This document shows, in pieces, positions 9,493 through 20,032 of a stretch of DNA of 44,282 nucleotides. Position 1 is the stretch's first letter; each line of letters begins with the position of its first letter. The notes below the pieces were generated by a model. It saw only the letters and a program-made list of their open reading frames with translations, did not search any database and was not told where the DNA came from. A program made the translations under genes and the position numbers. Location: IMG/VR virus record IMGVR_UViG_3300027715_000016, positions 1 to 44,282 of that record. One strand, 5' to 3'. The DNA comes from a virus (lineage: Duplodnaviria; Caudoviricetes).

Positions 9493-10392
9493 ATGCAATT
9501 TAAAAAATATATGCATATTGAAAGAATAACTTCAGATGAAGTAGAAGGAATTACATCTGGAAATTGTTACGTATTTTATAAGTTAGATGGTACAAATTCT
9601 TCTGTATGGTTGAAAGATGATGGTGTTATTGGTTGTGGAAGTAGAAATAGAGATTTAACATTAGAGAAAGATAATGCTGGATTTATGGCTTATGTTTTAC
9701 AGAATGAAAATATAAAAGCTTATCTAGCTAAACACCCAAACCATAGATTATATCGGAGAATGGCTTGTAAAACACTCTATAAATACATATAGACGGAGAT
9801 GCCTGGAGAAAGTTTTATGTATTTGATGTAGAATTAGAAACTGGTGAAATGCTTCCTTACGAAATATATAAACCTCTATTAGATGAATTTGAAATTGATT
9901 ATATTCCACCTATAAGTCTAATAAAACAACCGACTTACGAAAATTTATTGACTGCACTTGAAAAATGTGGGGAATTTTTAGTGGAAGATGGAAAAGGAAA
10001 AGGCGAAGGAATTGTGATAAAAAATTATTCTTATTATAATAAATATCGGAAGACAAACGTGGGCAAAGATAGTATCAAATGAGTTCAAAGAGAAAAATGT
10101 CAAAGCGATGGGAGTTAATGTTATTAACGGTTCAACTAAAATAGAAGAAACAATAGTAGAAAAGTTTTGTAGTCAAGAATTTATAGAAAAAGAATATCAG
10201 AAAATAGTTTCAAGAAATAATGGATGGAATAGCAAAATGATTCCCCAACTTCTAAATACCATATTCCACGAGTTTGTTGTAGAAGAAATTTGGGATATTA
10301 TTAAAGAATACAAGAATCCAAAAATTGATTTCAAGTATTTACAAGCTGTTGTTATGAACAAAGTAAAAAACGTTAAAAAAGAAATATTTTAA
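9493..10392 (+). CDS. RNA ligase (Rnl2-like nucleotidyltransferase, ~298 aa), C skipped at CGG 9754, 9794 and 10047
   Basis: Motif I KLDGTN, SRNR, motif III LY(G)EW, YR(G)DAWRKFYVFD (IIIa), GEGIVIK (IV), KY(G)RQTWAKIV..EFKE (V). Joins ORFs 9493..9792, 9849..10082 and 10108..10392. Confidence 0.9.
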
Positions 10393-10419
10393 ATAATAAA
10401 AAGAAAGAAGGAAATAAAA

Positions 10420-10698
10420 ATGAATGAAAAAAATAATATATTATCAAACAAATATCAAAATTTAATATTAGAGGATAAAGAAGGAAATGTTATATTAAAA
10501 ATAACACCTGACACATTATATGTAGGAGACGAAGAGCATATGTTATACCTAGATGAATATACAGATGAAATGATAGAATGTGTAGACTGTGGAAATGCTT
10601 TCCCATTTACAGATAATGAAAGAAATTGGTATGAAGAAAAAGGATTTTCTAAACCAAAAAGATGTTCTAGTTGTAGAGAAGCTAGAAAACAACAATAG
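10420..10698 (+). CDS. zinc-ribbon domain protein (CxxC..CxxC)
   Basis: CVDCGNAFPFTDNERNWYEEKGFSKPKRCSSCR. Confidence 0.8.
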   Translation: MNEKNNILSNKYQNLILEDKEGNVILKITPDTLYVGDEEHMLYLDEYTDEMIECVDCGNAFPFTDNERNWYEEKGFSKPKRCSSCREARKQQ

Positions 10699-10709
10699 GA
10701 GGAATTATT

Positions 10710-10916
10710 ATGACAATAAGTGAAAAATATTATACAATAATGAGTATAAATGATTTGACTTTTTTAGATGAAAGATGTAATGAGACAGATACAGTAGATA
10801 GTGCACTTTGTATAAAAGAATTATCAGATGCAAAACATTTCTTAACAACATTAGACACCCCTGAAGATTTCTTTGTTGCTGAATTAATAATGACTTGTGA
10901 AATAAAAAGAGTGTAA
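10710..10916 (+). CDS. hypothetical protein
   Basis: 68 aa, AGGAGG RBS. Confidence 0.65.
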   Translation: MTISEKYYTIMSINDLTFLDERCNETDTVDSALCIKELSDAKHFLTTLDTPEDFFVAELIMTCEIKRV

Positions 10917-10921
10917 CGCTT

Positions 10922-11110
10922 ATGAAACAACTTAAATTTTTAAAGAACGTAACAGATGAAGATAATAAAATAATATGGCATAAAGATATGTGTTATCAAA
11001 CCTCTTTTGAAGGAGAAGATGTCTATATGCTTTTCTGTGAAGATATGAAAATGCGTGGCGTTGAAAAATCTTTAAATGGGGAACTTTATGAGGTGATTTG
11101 CAGTGTGTAG
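10922..11110 (+). CDS. hypothetical protein
   Basis: 62 aa, packed in operon. Confidence 0.6.
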   Translation: MKQLKFLKNVTDEDNKIIWHKDMCYQTSFEGEDVYMLFCEDMKMRGVEKSLNGELYEVICSV

Positions 11111-11342
11111 AAAATGTTTACAATGTGGCTCAGAAAAATACTTAATAAGTTTAGAAGATGGAGCATTAGCATGTATGGATTGTTTAAATAAATTAGGTAA
11201 AGAACAATTAGAAATAACAAATAGAATACTCGATATTTTAAACGAATACGAATCTTTAAACAAACTAGAAAATAAAATAAAATGTTTAAAAGCTATTGCT
11301 TTATATTTAGAATTAGCAAAGGATGATTTAGATGGCAACTAA
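11103..11342 (+). CDS. small zinc-finger hypothetical protein
   Basis: 79 aa, GTG start with GAGGTG RBS, CxxC..CxxC. Confidence 0.6.
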   Translation: MCRKCLQCGSEKYLISLEDGALACMDCLNKLGKEQLEITNRILDILNEYESLNKLENKIKCLKAIALYLELAKDDLDGN

Positions 11343-11865
11343 TGCAGGTAAAATATTTGAAGATGCAATAAAGAAGTCTTGTGTTAAACAAGATATTAAA
11401 TGGTTAAGAATAAAAGATGCTCCTAATCAGTTCTCATTTGGGGGAGAGGGTCAATCTAATATAAGGTTCACCCAATCATCCCCTTATGATACTGAAATGT
11501 ATAAATACCCTAACCTTGTTCCTTGTGAGCTTAAGTCTACTATAGGAACTTCATTCTCAATACCAAGTGATGATAAAGATAATAAAAAAATGATAAAAGC
11601 AAGACAAATAAAAGGATTAAATGATGCTAATATTTATAAAGGTGTTTATCCAGGATTTCTATTTAATTTTAGAAAGAATAATAATACATACTTTATGAGT
11701 ATTGATTCATTTAATGATTTCTATGAAAATACTGATAAGAAATCTATTAATGAATCTGATATATTAAGTTATCAAGATACTATATTAATAGAACAAACTT
11801 TAAAGAAAGTAAACTATATATATAATATAGAAAAACTATTCCAGGAGGTATCAAATGGAAAATAA
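11332..11865 (+). CDS. recU: RecU-like Holliday junction resolvase
   Basis: NAGKIFE, RIKD, SPYD, ELKST and QIKGL motifs typical of phage RecU-family PD-(D/E)xK nucleases. Confidence 0.75.
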   Translation: MATNAGKIFEDAIKKSCVKQDIKWLRIKDAPNQFSFGGEGQSNIRFTQSSPYDTEMYKYPNLVPCELKSTIGTSFSIPSDDKDNKKMIKARQIKGLNDANIYKGVYPGFLFNFRKNNNTYFMSIDSFNDFYENTDKKSINESDILSYQDTILIEQTLKKVNYIYNIEKLFQEVSNGK

Positions 11866-12319
11866 AAAAATAATAGCAAATATTATTAAATGCAATCATT
11901 GTGGAGATATTATAGAATCTGAAAACACACATGATTTTAAATGGTGTAAGTGTGGTAAAGTAGCTGTGGATGGTGGTAAAGAATATCTTAAAAGAAGTTT
12001 TCAAGAAACTGATGATTTTTTAGAATTAAGTCTTTTTAGAGAACAAGAACAAGAAATTATAATACCAGAAAAAAGAACTTTGAAATTTGGGACTGACGAT
12101 TTCTATTTAATGGGTGGAGAAGAAGCTTATATATTTTCAAACGAAGAGACTCAAGAATATATAGATAAAGTCATACACAAAATCAAAAAAGAAAATCATG
12201 ATAGATATTCTATAAGCTCAGGAAATACTATGGTCATAGGAGAAAAAGATGAACTTAATGATATAGAAATTATAGTATGCAAAAACTATTATACAGGAAC
12301 TTTATTTAATGAACAATAA
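11855..12319 (+). CDS. conserved phage protein with N-terminal Zn-binding domain
   Basis: IKCNHCGDIIES..HDFKWCKCGKVAVDGG. Confidence 0.7.
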   Translation: MENKKIIANIIKCNHCGDIIESENTHDFKWCKCGKVAVDGGKEYLKRSFQETDDFLELSLFREQEQEIIIPEKRTLKFGTDDFYLMGGEEAYIFSNEETQEYIDKVIHKIKKENHDRYSISSGNTMVIGEKDELNDIEIIVCKNYYTGTLFNEQ

Positions 12320-12327
12320 AAACACAT

Positions 12328-12359
12328 AAAAAAAGAGATAGGCAATTACGCTTATCTCT
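12328..12359 (-). terminator. intrinsic terminator of the late (minus-strand) operon
   Basis: Near-perfect inverted repeat AGAGATAGGC/GCTTATCTCT preceded on + by an A-tract (U-tract on -); lies between convergent genes. Confidence 0.55.
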
Positions 12360-12379
12360 CAAATCTTAACGATTTTACA

Positions 12380-12410
12380 GGGGTATAATTTTATACCCTT
12401 TTATTTTTAT
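12380..12410 (+). terminator. intrinsic terminator of the plus-strand operon
   Basis: GGGTATAA/TTATACCC inverted repeat followed by TTTTATTTTT. Confidence 0.6.
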
Positions 12411-12442
12411 ATGTCTTTAAATCAATCCTAAGGCTTATTTTT

Positions 12443-13606
12443 TTATATACTTTCGTACCAATTTCCATTCTTACCTACGTAAGCTGTTCCTTCATACCAA
12501 TTTGTATTTTTACCAACATAAACCATTCCTTCGTACCAATTTGTATTGACTCCTATTCTAATTATATTTCCTTTTACATTTAAATAAGTAGAAACTACAT
12601 AAGAACTTGAAATTCCCCAATTGTTTTTTGTAGAAACTCTTGATTGTAACATATCTCCATTATCTAAAGTTGGATAAGTAACAAAAGGAGACCAAACATA
12701 TTTTAGAGCATTTATATTTATATTAGTAGTCCAGTTACTCCATATTCCTGTGTCTTTATTAAATCTTCTAAAACTTAATCCATAACTTGTAATAGAACCT
12801 GAGCCTCCAACACCTTTAGTCCAATTAATAGTAACCGTTTGAGTTTTCTTAATTGCTTTAGAAGGGTCAAATAAAACTTGAGAAGGAGATGTAGGAGATA
12901 TAAATGATATATTAACCTCGTTACTTTGAGTCCAAGGTGAAACATTTACTCCGTCCCTAGCTCTTACAATATAAACAAATTTAACATTTGGCGCACCTGT
13001 AACTCCATAAACATTTATATTTTTAGGAGCAACTTCCCAGAATGAAGAGTAATTTATATTAGTCCTCCATGCTGCCCAATCAGTCCATACAGAACCATTA
13101 AATGCTTTTATCCATACATCATAACCTGTAATAGGTAAACTACCAGGAGTACCTGTTGCCCAAGAAACTAAAAACTGTGAATTAACTTCAACAGAAGTAG
13201 GAGATGTTGACATCCAAGCAGGTGCGCTAGGAGCTACCATTCCAGCAAAATTACATACTCCATAGTTTTGAGGCATATAAGCATTTGATAAATCTCCAGA
13301 ATTTACTCTAACATAAAATCCTCTAGATGTACCATAATCTGTGAATGTTAAAGAACAAGTTCTCGTTCTTGTTCCTCCACTCCAATTATCTCCACTTCTT
13401 TCTTTTATTGTGACTTGAGTATCTGTACTACCGTTCCAATAACCAACTTGAAATACAACCGGTCCGAGAATATTAGCATATCCGTTTATAGTTGCATCTA
13501 TTGTAAAGTTTACTGTTACTTGACCACCTGAACGAGATGTTGTGTAATTTATATCGTAATAAAATTTAGGAAAAGAACTAGTATATTCATAATGTATCCA
13601 TGCCAT
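12443..13606 (-). CDS. tail fibre/receptor-binding protein with fibronectin-III-like domains
   Basis: 387 aa, beta-rich; PSAP..VSW..ITGY..VRA FN3-like pattern twice; C-terminal triple VGxNxNWYE repeat. Confidence 0.6.
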   Translation of the reverse strand: MAWIHYEYTSSFPKFYYDINYTTSRSGGQVTVNFTIDATINGYANILGPVVFQVGYWNGSTDTQVTIKERSGDNWSGGTRTRTCSLTFTDYGTSRGFYVRVNSGDLSNAYMPQNYGVCNFAGMVAPSAPAWMSTSPTSVEVNSQFLVSWATGTPGSLPITGYDVWIKAFNGSVWTDWAAWRTNINYSSFWEVAPKNINVYGVTGAPNVKFVYIVRARDGVNVSPWTQSNEVNISFISPTSPSQVLFDPSKAIKKTQTVTINWTKGVGGSGSITSYGLSFRRFNKDTGIWSNWTTNININALKYVWSPFVTYPTLDNGDMLQSRVSTKNNWGISSSYVVSTYLNVKGNIIRIGVNTNWYEGMVYVGKNTNWYEGTAYVGKNGNWYESI

Positions 13607-13623
13607 ATTTTACACACACCTTT

Positions 13624-14391
13624 CTATGTTAAACTATATTTTATATATATATTTCCATCTACTGCTGTTCCTGCAACAGGTTCTTCTGTTCCATAAGTAA
13701 TAGTAGGAATTTGAATCCATGCTCCCCAACTACCACCAAAAGAATTCCTTTTAAATAGTTGAACTCCAGTTTGTCCTATTGTTAAAGTTTGAGTTACCCC
13801 ATTCCCATTATTTTCTACAAATAATGCAAACATTTTAGAAATAGCTTCTAATGGTATATTAGATAAACCTGTTGATGTTGAAGCATAAAAATACATACCA
13901 TTTGTAATATAATCATTAATATTAGAATTAGTAGGAATAGATGCTGAGTTATTTAATTTACCATTTAACGCACTTTGCGTTGCTGTGCTTATAGGTTTAT
14001 TTAAATCTGATGTATTATCAACATTTATCAAACCTACTTGTGCTTTAGACATTAAAAGATAAAAATCTCCTTCGTAATATTTTAATAATACAGGAGTATT
14101 TAATACTAAAATACCATCTGTTATATTTGTACCATCTTCAAACTTTATATTGCAAACCGTATTTACATTTAAAGTAATTGTAGCATTAGCTATATTAGTA
14201 ACATTTGGAATAAACAATACTATACCCATATTATTTTCATATGGAGTTGTTAATTCTGAAATAGTTAAATCATAATTTGAAGTAGTACTAGTTACTTCTG
14301 TTGTTGCTAATAATAAATTAGCTGGATTAAATGGATACATAGCTTCGTATCCTAAACTTGTCAATACATTCATTACAATGTTTTTAGCCAT
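13624..14391 (-). CDS. tail fibre protein (knob-like C-terminus)
   Basis: VGLxNVDNTSDLNKPISTATQ fibre repeat; GMYF..NIP..QT..FKR..WGAW knob pattern. Confidence 0.7.
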   Translation of the reverse strand: MAKNIVMNVLTSLGYEAMYPFNPANLLLATTEVTSTTSNYDLTISELTTPYENNMGIVLFIPNVTNIANATITLNVNTVCNIKFEDGTNITDGILVLNTPVLLKYYEGDFYLLMSKAQVGLINVDNTSDLNKPISTATQSALNGKLNNSASIPTNSNINDYITNGMYFYASTSTGLSNIPLEAISKMFALFVENNGNGVTQTLTIGQTGVQLFKRNSFGGSWGAWIQIPTITYGTEEPVAGTAVDGNIYIKYSLT

Positions 14392-14410
14392 ATATAATCA
14401 CTCCTTTCTT

Positions 14411-14812
14411 TTATTCTAACATTTTTCTTATTACATCATTATATATATCTTCATATACAGATTGAGTTGCTTTATTTTCAATAAATTTATTTCCTATTTC
14501 TTCCACATCTAAATTTGTCATTTTAACGAATCCTGATTCATTAGGATTATGGTCTTGTAAATAAACTAACTTATTGTCTATATAAATTAAATATACTTGG
14601 TCTATTTCATAATTTCTACTATTAATTATATTCTTTGCTGTAACACCATTAATACTCTTTTTTTTATCCCATATTTCTAATCTAAATTTGTTTTTTTTAT
14701 CCTCTATTAATTTAGGCATATCATATTTGCTTAATATCATTTCTAAGTCATTAATTGTTTTTTTTGAACCTAAACTAAGAGCTTTTTCAAATAATTTTAT
14801 TTTATCTATCAT
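14411..14812 (-). CDS. hypothetical protein (possible fibre assembly chaperone)
   Basis: 133 aa, AGGAGG RBS, lies between fibre genes. Confidence 0.55.
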   Translation of the reverse strand: MIDKIKLFEKALSLGSKKTINDLEMILSKYDMPKLIEDKKNKFRLEIWDKKKSINGVTAKNIINSRNYEIDQVYLIYIDNKLVYLQDHNPNESGFVKMTNLDVEEIGNKFIENKATQSVYEDIYNDVIRKMLE

Positions 14813-14830
14813 TTATTAATCCTCCTAATT

Positions 14831-16390
14831 TTAAATAGTATAAGCCTCTAATGAATTAGTTATTTCATATAAAGCTAAATCTGCTCCACCACATACATAT
14901 ATTTTACTTCCTATAACTTCACTTGCTGCAGATATCCTTGTAGATTGCATTGGAATACCATTATTCCATGTGTTTGTTAATATATTGTATATTTGATTAT
15001 CATTTGTAGTATAACCATCATCTCTTAATCCACCTATATAATATAAATAATCTCCATATCCAACTAAATTACCGAAACTTCTATTATTTGGTAAATCAGC
15101 TTTTTCAGTAAAAGTATTTAAAGTAATATCATAAAATAATAATTTTGCAGTAGTTGTACCATATGGTGTTATTTTTAAATATATACCATTATTATGATAA
15201 AATGCATTCGCTTCTGTAGAAGAATAAGGAACGGTTCCAACTAATAACCAAGAATTAGTTGCTTGAGTATATTCATATATTTTATTTAAAGGTGTAAAAT
15301 TAACATCTTGTCCACAAAAGAAATAACCCTTTGTATTATCAGAATTAGGAGCGTATCCACCAGCAACAAGAGGTTCTGGCATAGGTGCTTTTGTAGACCA
15401 TGAGTTTAAACCAAAGTCATATTCCTCATTAACATCTAAAATTTCACCAAACAACCTTGTTCCTCCAGCGACATAAGCTTTACCATTTAAAACAACTGGC
15501 ATTGGAGCACCTCTAGGAGTTATCATAGGTTGTTTAGTAGACCATGTATCTGTTAAAGTATCATACATTTCATTTGTTGCTATTCTTGCCGCAGATACAT
15601 CATCTCCTCCAACAATATATAAATTAGAACCATTTTTAAAAGCTCTACAAGCATATCTTGCAGTAGGCATATTAGCTTTATAAACCCATTTATCTTGAAC
15701 TACACTTCCTCCACTTATAACTTTAAACCACAAATCTCCTTCTGAAATATTAGTTGGAGCTGTTTCAGTTACAGATGTTTTTATAGGTAATTTAGGTAAT
15801 CCAACTATAAACCATGAGTTAAACATTAAGTTCGGAGGTACTCCTATACTAGGAGATATAGCCGCCCATAATTTGTTTTGATAAATAACAACATCATTCA
15901 AAACATAATTTACAGTTGCACTCCAATTATACTTCATACTTAAATTAACTCCAGGATATCCTTGTAGACCTTTTATATTATATTCGTTCCAATAAGTTAC
16001 ATTAGTTGGGATAGTACCTAAAGGAGGGTCTATAATAGCAAAATAAGTATTATTATTATAAGTAACGCAGTTATGTTTATTATATTTAATTAATTCATTA
16101 TATGGACTTATAAATTTTGTGTTATCTATTAAATTTTGAAAAACAGTTTGTAGATTATTTAAGAAATCATCAATTTCTGTTTTAGATTGACTCTCTAATA
16201 ATAACACAGAATTTATTAAGTTATTTATATTATCAGAATCTAGTATTTGATTTGCTAATTGAGGATTATTTAACATTATATTACTAGCAGTATCTACATC
16301 GTTGTTTTTCATAGCTTGATAAAATTGTTCAAATAATGTTTTATTTTCTAAATGCATATCATCAAGCCAACTAAAATTTATTTTTTCCAT
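14831..16390 (-). CDS. Kelch-repeat beta-propeller tail protein
   Basis: About six repeats of MPxxR...LYxxGG...YD..xxxW in the C-terminal half. Confidence 0.85.
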   Translation of the reverse strand: MEKINFSWLDDMHLENKTLFEQFYQAMKNNDVDTASNIMLNNPQLANQILDSDNINNLINSVLLLESQSKTEIDDFLNNLQTVFQNLIDNTKFISPYNELIKYNKHNCVTYNNNTYFAIIDPPLGTIPTNVTYWNEYNIKGLQGYPGVNLSMKYNWSATVNYVLNDVVIYQNKLWAAISPSIGVPPNLMFNSWFIVGLPKLPIKTSVTETAPTNISEGDLWFKVISGGSVVQDKWVYKANMPTARYACRAFKNGSNLYIVGGDDVSAARIATNEMYDTLTDTWSTKQPMITPRGAPMPVVLNGKAYVAGGTRLFGEILDVNEEYDFGLNSWSTKAPMPEPLVAGGYAPNSDNTKGYFFCGQDVNFTPLNKIYEYTQATNSWLLVGTVPYSSTEANAFYHNNGIYLKITPYGTTTAKLLFYDITLNTFTEKADLPNNRSFGNLVGYGDYLYYIGGLRDDGYTTNDNQIYNILTNTWNNGIPMQSTRISAASEVIGSKIYVCGGADLALYEITNSLEAYTI

Positions 16391-16404
16391 TTAAATATCC
16401 TCCT

Positions 16405-17139
16405 TTATATTATTTTATACCATTGGTCTCCAAGAATTTGGTCTGCTGGTTGCATATCAGTTATAGGTATTTGTATTGCTGGCAGAGAAGTTAATATTGC
16501 TTGCCAATAAGTAGAACCCTCAAAAGGAGTTTGTCCTTGATTTGGCTGCAATGCTCCCCACCACTTATCTTTGTAAATAACTACATTATTTACTGAATAA
16601 GATAATGTAGGGTTATATAAATAAGCAAAACTCATTCCTGTTCCTGAAACTCCTCTTTCACCTTGTACAGTAAATACTCTCCAATAAGTTGTATTATTAG
16701 GAGCTATTCCGACAGATGGTTGTGCAATACAAATATATAAAAAAGTACCAGAAGTTGTTGTATAGTTTACTAAATTGTTTTGGTAATATTGTATTGTGGG
16801 ACTATAAATACCTTTAAAAGAAAATTTATCTATTATATTCTGCCATTCTGTTTGTTTTGTTTCTATATAAGGAGAAATATCAGAATTATAAAATCTTTCT
16901 AACGCAATTATAGCATCTCTTAATTGATTAAAATCATTTGCGTTAAATATTTTACCATTTAATTGTGGATTTGCAGTCATTAAAGCTGCCGCACTAGCAA
17001 AATCACCAGCTACATAAAACGCTTGTATTTGTTGAACTAAACTTGAATCCGTTGCATTTGTAATATTGCTTTTTAATAATATATTATCTATTGTATCAGG
17101 ATAAGTTGTATATATTAAATCAGGATTTGTAATAGACAT
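16405..17139 (-). CDS. tail/baseplate protein with CBM5/12-like repeats
   Basis: 244 aa; YxxNxVVxY..W..P..YW repeats; paralogous to the N-terminal half of 14831..16390. Confidence 0.6.
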   Translation of the reverse strand: MSITNPDLIYTTYPDTIDNILLKSNITNATDSSLVQQIQAFYVAGDFASAAALMTANPQLNGKIFNANDFNQLRDAIIALERFYNSDISPYIETKQTEWQNIIDKFSFKGIYSPTIQYYQNNLVNYTTTSGTFLYICIAQPSVGIAPNNTTYWRVFTVQGERGVSGTGMSFAYLYNPTLSYSVNNVVIYKDKWWGALQPNQGQTPFEGSTYWQAILTSLPAIQIPITDMQPADQILGDQWYKII

Positions 17140-17163
17140 TTAATCACCTCTTTCTTAATTATT

Positions 17164-20013
17164 TTATTCAGGTATAAATGAAATTACACCTGAAGCATTA
17201 CTTTCAGTTCCTTGTACAGTATCTCTAATTGCGCCTGGTCTTATTTGGAATGAACCTAGTTTTTCTGTCACATTACTTACATATATAAAATATGTATAAT
17301 AATAATCTTCAGGTAAACCTTCGTTTGTTTTATAATATCCAGAACCATGTATTCTTAATAAAGATGAATCAAATATTAAATCATCTATACTTAAGTTGCT
17401 AGGTGTTTGAGTCCAAATGTTGAAATTATAAGTTGTTACTAATGAATAAAATTGTCCTGGTGGATTATAACTACCTAATAAAACTTCATTTGGAGTTATA
17501 GTGTCTAATAAACTAGTTTCAACTTTTTCTAATATACAAATATCAGAATCTTCATTAGATATAATACCAGTTGTAGGAGTAATAACACCTGCCTTAACAT
17601 AGAATTCTGAAGTTCCATATTGTATAGCTCTTAATTTAACTAACCAAGAGCCTGTTGGATTAGAATTATAACTTATTTCTTCAATAGAAACAAATTCTGC
17701 AAATAGAGGGTCAAATGATATATCATCAATGTTTAATTCTTCTATAGTTCCATTTAAAGGTGTTACTGTTATCATATACATATCTCTATCAGTATTAGAA
17801 CTATTTGTAAAATAAGAATAAACTCTATTCTGTAATATAACTTTTGGTTCATAAACTTCATATGCTACAATTCCACTATTATTTATAAGAGCGTTTATTT
17901 TATCATTAGTAATGTTAGTATGAACATCTGTTACAAAACTTTCTCCAATGTCATTATAAAAGTCATATTCTCCTATTTTATAAGTTCCAGTTGAATCTTT
18001 ACCGGCTAATTTTATTCTATATATAGGTGTATTCCATCCATTTAAACCATTTAATGAAATATCAGTAGAATTTGTACCTGAAACAAATAAGTTTCCTGCA
18101 ATCAAAGCATTAGTTAAAACTGTACTATTTTTTACATTATAATTATAACCTGTGCCAGAAGCATCTCTGAATATCAAATCTATTTTCATATCAGCATTAA
18201 TTTGTAATTTTAAATTATATTTTTTTAAATCAGTTATAGTATTTCCACCATATGTTCTAGGTATATTAATTGTAATATTTGTTGCACCTTGATAAAAAGT
18301 TAATACTATATTAGTTGGATTATTAACCGAATCATTTAATAAAGTAGCGCCTATTTTATTACTACCAGAACCTTTCTCAAAAAGAATTTTATTATAATTA
18401 CCATTTTGAGCTAATTTAAAATCTATATCAAATATCCATGGTGTTAAATCAGTAACGCCATATATATTAAAATCATATCCAAAATCAATATAAGCAAGAG
18501 CATCTGTTTCGCTTAGTGTATTATAATTAATGTAATATGCATCATATCCAGGTTTAACAAAGCTAATTTCTAATGGTTCTGTAGCAAGGTTATTTTGTCC
18601 GTATAAATTAGTACATACACCACTAGCAATAGAAATAGAAAAATTTTCTCCAAATGGATACCCTGGAAATGAAACACTATATAATATTTCACTTAACTTT
18701 GTTACTGTAGGATTCACTGATAATATAGTATCTGATATAGTTATATCTTCTGCTTTTATATCACTTATAATATCTTCACCTTCTATTTTAATAAATAATT
18801 CAAAAGGACAATTTTGTATATTTATATTAGTATCTCCATATATATAAACTTGTGGTCTAGGAGCTTCTGGTAATGAAGACTCATCATAAATTTTTATTGC
18901 ATTTATAGACATTGTCCCTTCTATACTTAAAGATAAAGATATACTTTTTATTAAATAATTATCACTTATACCTATATTTTCATTATATAATTTTATACAT
19001 TCATTTACATCGTTTAACCAATAAATAGGAACAACTTCTATGTTAATAGCGTCGTTCATTCTTGAATGTAAATACAATTCATAATTAGCTCTTTCAGTTG
19101 CTAATTCATTAGTATAAATCCTTTCGTCCGTTATTACATAATTTATCTTTCCAATAGAATCTATTTTATAAGGACTTGTTTCATAATAATCTGCTGACCT
19201 TCCAACTATTTGAGTCCCATCATCTAATAATCTTCCCCAAACAGTAATACGATTTTTAACATTTTCAAAGTTAACATCTATATTATCAGTTATATTAATA
19301 TTAGTTTCTAATTGAGAAAAATCTAAAACAACAGCACTATTAACACCCGTTGGAATTCTTTTAAAGTTAAAAACTCCATCTATATCAAAAAACATTTCCC
19401 AATTTGAATATAAATCTCTTAATGTTGCTAATATATCATATACAAAAGAAGTACTTTCTACTTTTATATCATAAGGAACTGTTTCATCTATATCATCTAT
19501 AACATAATTAGTGAAACCGCCCAATTGTGTTATTGTAGCTATTACCGCTTCTTTTATATTTGTACCAGCAGGTATTACTGTTGTTAAAGCTTCAAGTTGC
19601 CCATTTCTTTTACCAGTTAATTTAGCCATTAAATCTATTCCTTCAAAAGAAAGTGTGTTTGTTACAGAATCATATTGTCTATGTGGATTATTTATCATAA
19701 AAATACCCATATTCCAAAACCTAACAGTTTTAGTTATAATATCTGTATATCCAATATATATTCTTATATATTTATCAAGCCATATCTTTCCACCTTGTTG
19801 AATATCAAAACTACTATCTGTTACAATTAAAGATAAATTACAAGTCCTTCTTATATCTTGATTAGCATCTATATTTAAAGTTCCGTCTATTAAATTACCT
19901 TCTATATTATCAACTATTTGAAAATTAAAATTTAATAATTCTATCTTTACTTGCAAATCTCTTATTGATTGTTGTAACATATCATAATCTTGTTGTGTTG
20001 GTATTATAGCCAT
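17164..20013 (-). CDS. baseplate hub/tail protein (DUF5048-like N-terminus) with C-terminal extension
   Basis: 949 aa; DIRRTCNL, DLMAKLTG.RNG, WEMFFDIDG, KNRITVWG, PIYWL pattern; position in tail module. Confidence 0.65.
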   Translation of the reverse strand: MAIIPTQQDYDMLQQSIRDLQVKIELLNFNFQIVDNIEGNLIDGTLNIDANQDIRRTCNLSLIVTDSSFDIQQGGKIWLDKYIRIYIGYTDIITKTVRFWNMGIFMINNPHRQYDSVTNTLSFEGIDLMAKLTGKRNGQLEALTTVIPAGTNIKEAVIATITQLGGFTNYVIDDIDETVPYDIKVESTSFVYDILATLRDLYSNWEMFFDIDGVFNFKRIPTGVNSAVVLDFSQLETNINITDNIDVNFENVKNRITVWGRLLDDGTQIVGRSADYYETSPYKIDSIGKINYVITDERIYTNELATERANYELYLHSRMNDAINIEVVPIYWLNDVNECIKLYNENIGISDNYLIKSISLSLSIEGTMSINAIKIYDESSLPEAPRPQVYIYGDTNINIQNCPFELFIKIEGEDIISDIKAEDITISDTILSVNPTVTKLSEILYSVSFPGYPFGENFSISIASGVCTNLYGQNNLATEPLEISFVKPGYDAYYINYNTLSETDALAYIDFGYDFNIYGVTDLTPWIFDIDFKLAQNGNYNKILFEKGSGSNKIGATLLNDSVNNPTNIVLTFYQGATNITINIPRTYGGNTITDLKKYNLKLQINADMKIDLIFRDASGTGYNYNVKNSTVLTNALIAGNLFVSGTNSTDISLNGLNGWNTPIYRIKLAGKDSTGTYKIGEYDFYNDIGESFVTDVHTNITNDKINALINNSGIVAYEVYEPKVILQNRVYSYFTNSSNTDRDMYMITVTPLNGTIEELNIDDISFDPLFAEFVSIEEISYNSNPTGSWLVKLRAIQYGTSEFYVKAGVITPTTGIISNEDSDICILEKVETSLLDTITPNEVLLGSYNPPGQFYSLVTTYNFNIWTQTPSNLSIDDLIFDSSLLRIHGSGYYKTNEGLPEDYYYTYFIYVSNVTEKLGSFQIRPGAIRDTVQGTESNASGVISFIPE

Positions 20014-20032
20014 ATAACATCACCTCCTTTTT

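Noticed and set aside
2-10392. Calling dnaE, the RNA ligase and HNH-AP2 pseudogenes or random sequencing frameshifts
   Set aside because: All breaks are the same event at in-frame CGG, mostly outside homopolymers, with no other lesions. Random decay or error would not respect the reading frame. Raw reads are still needed to exclude an artefact formally.
660-12004. Minus-strand short ORFs in the early region (660..899, 1659..2006, 5951..6136, 7662..7910, 9273..9455, 10730..10930, 11072..11338, 11780..12004)
   Set aside because: Antisense shadows of well-supported + strand genes, with no recognisable motifs.
12446-12565. Triple 13-aa repeat at the fibre C-terminus as a CRISPR array or DGR variable repeat
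   Set aside because: It is a degenerate coding repeat without spacers, and no reverse transcriptase or template repeat was seen in the window.
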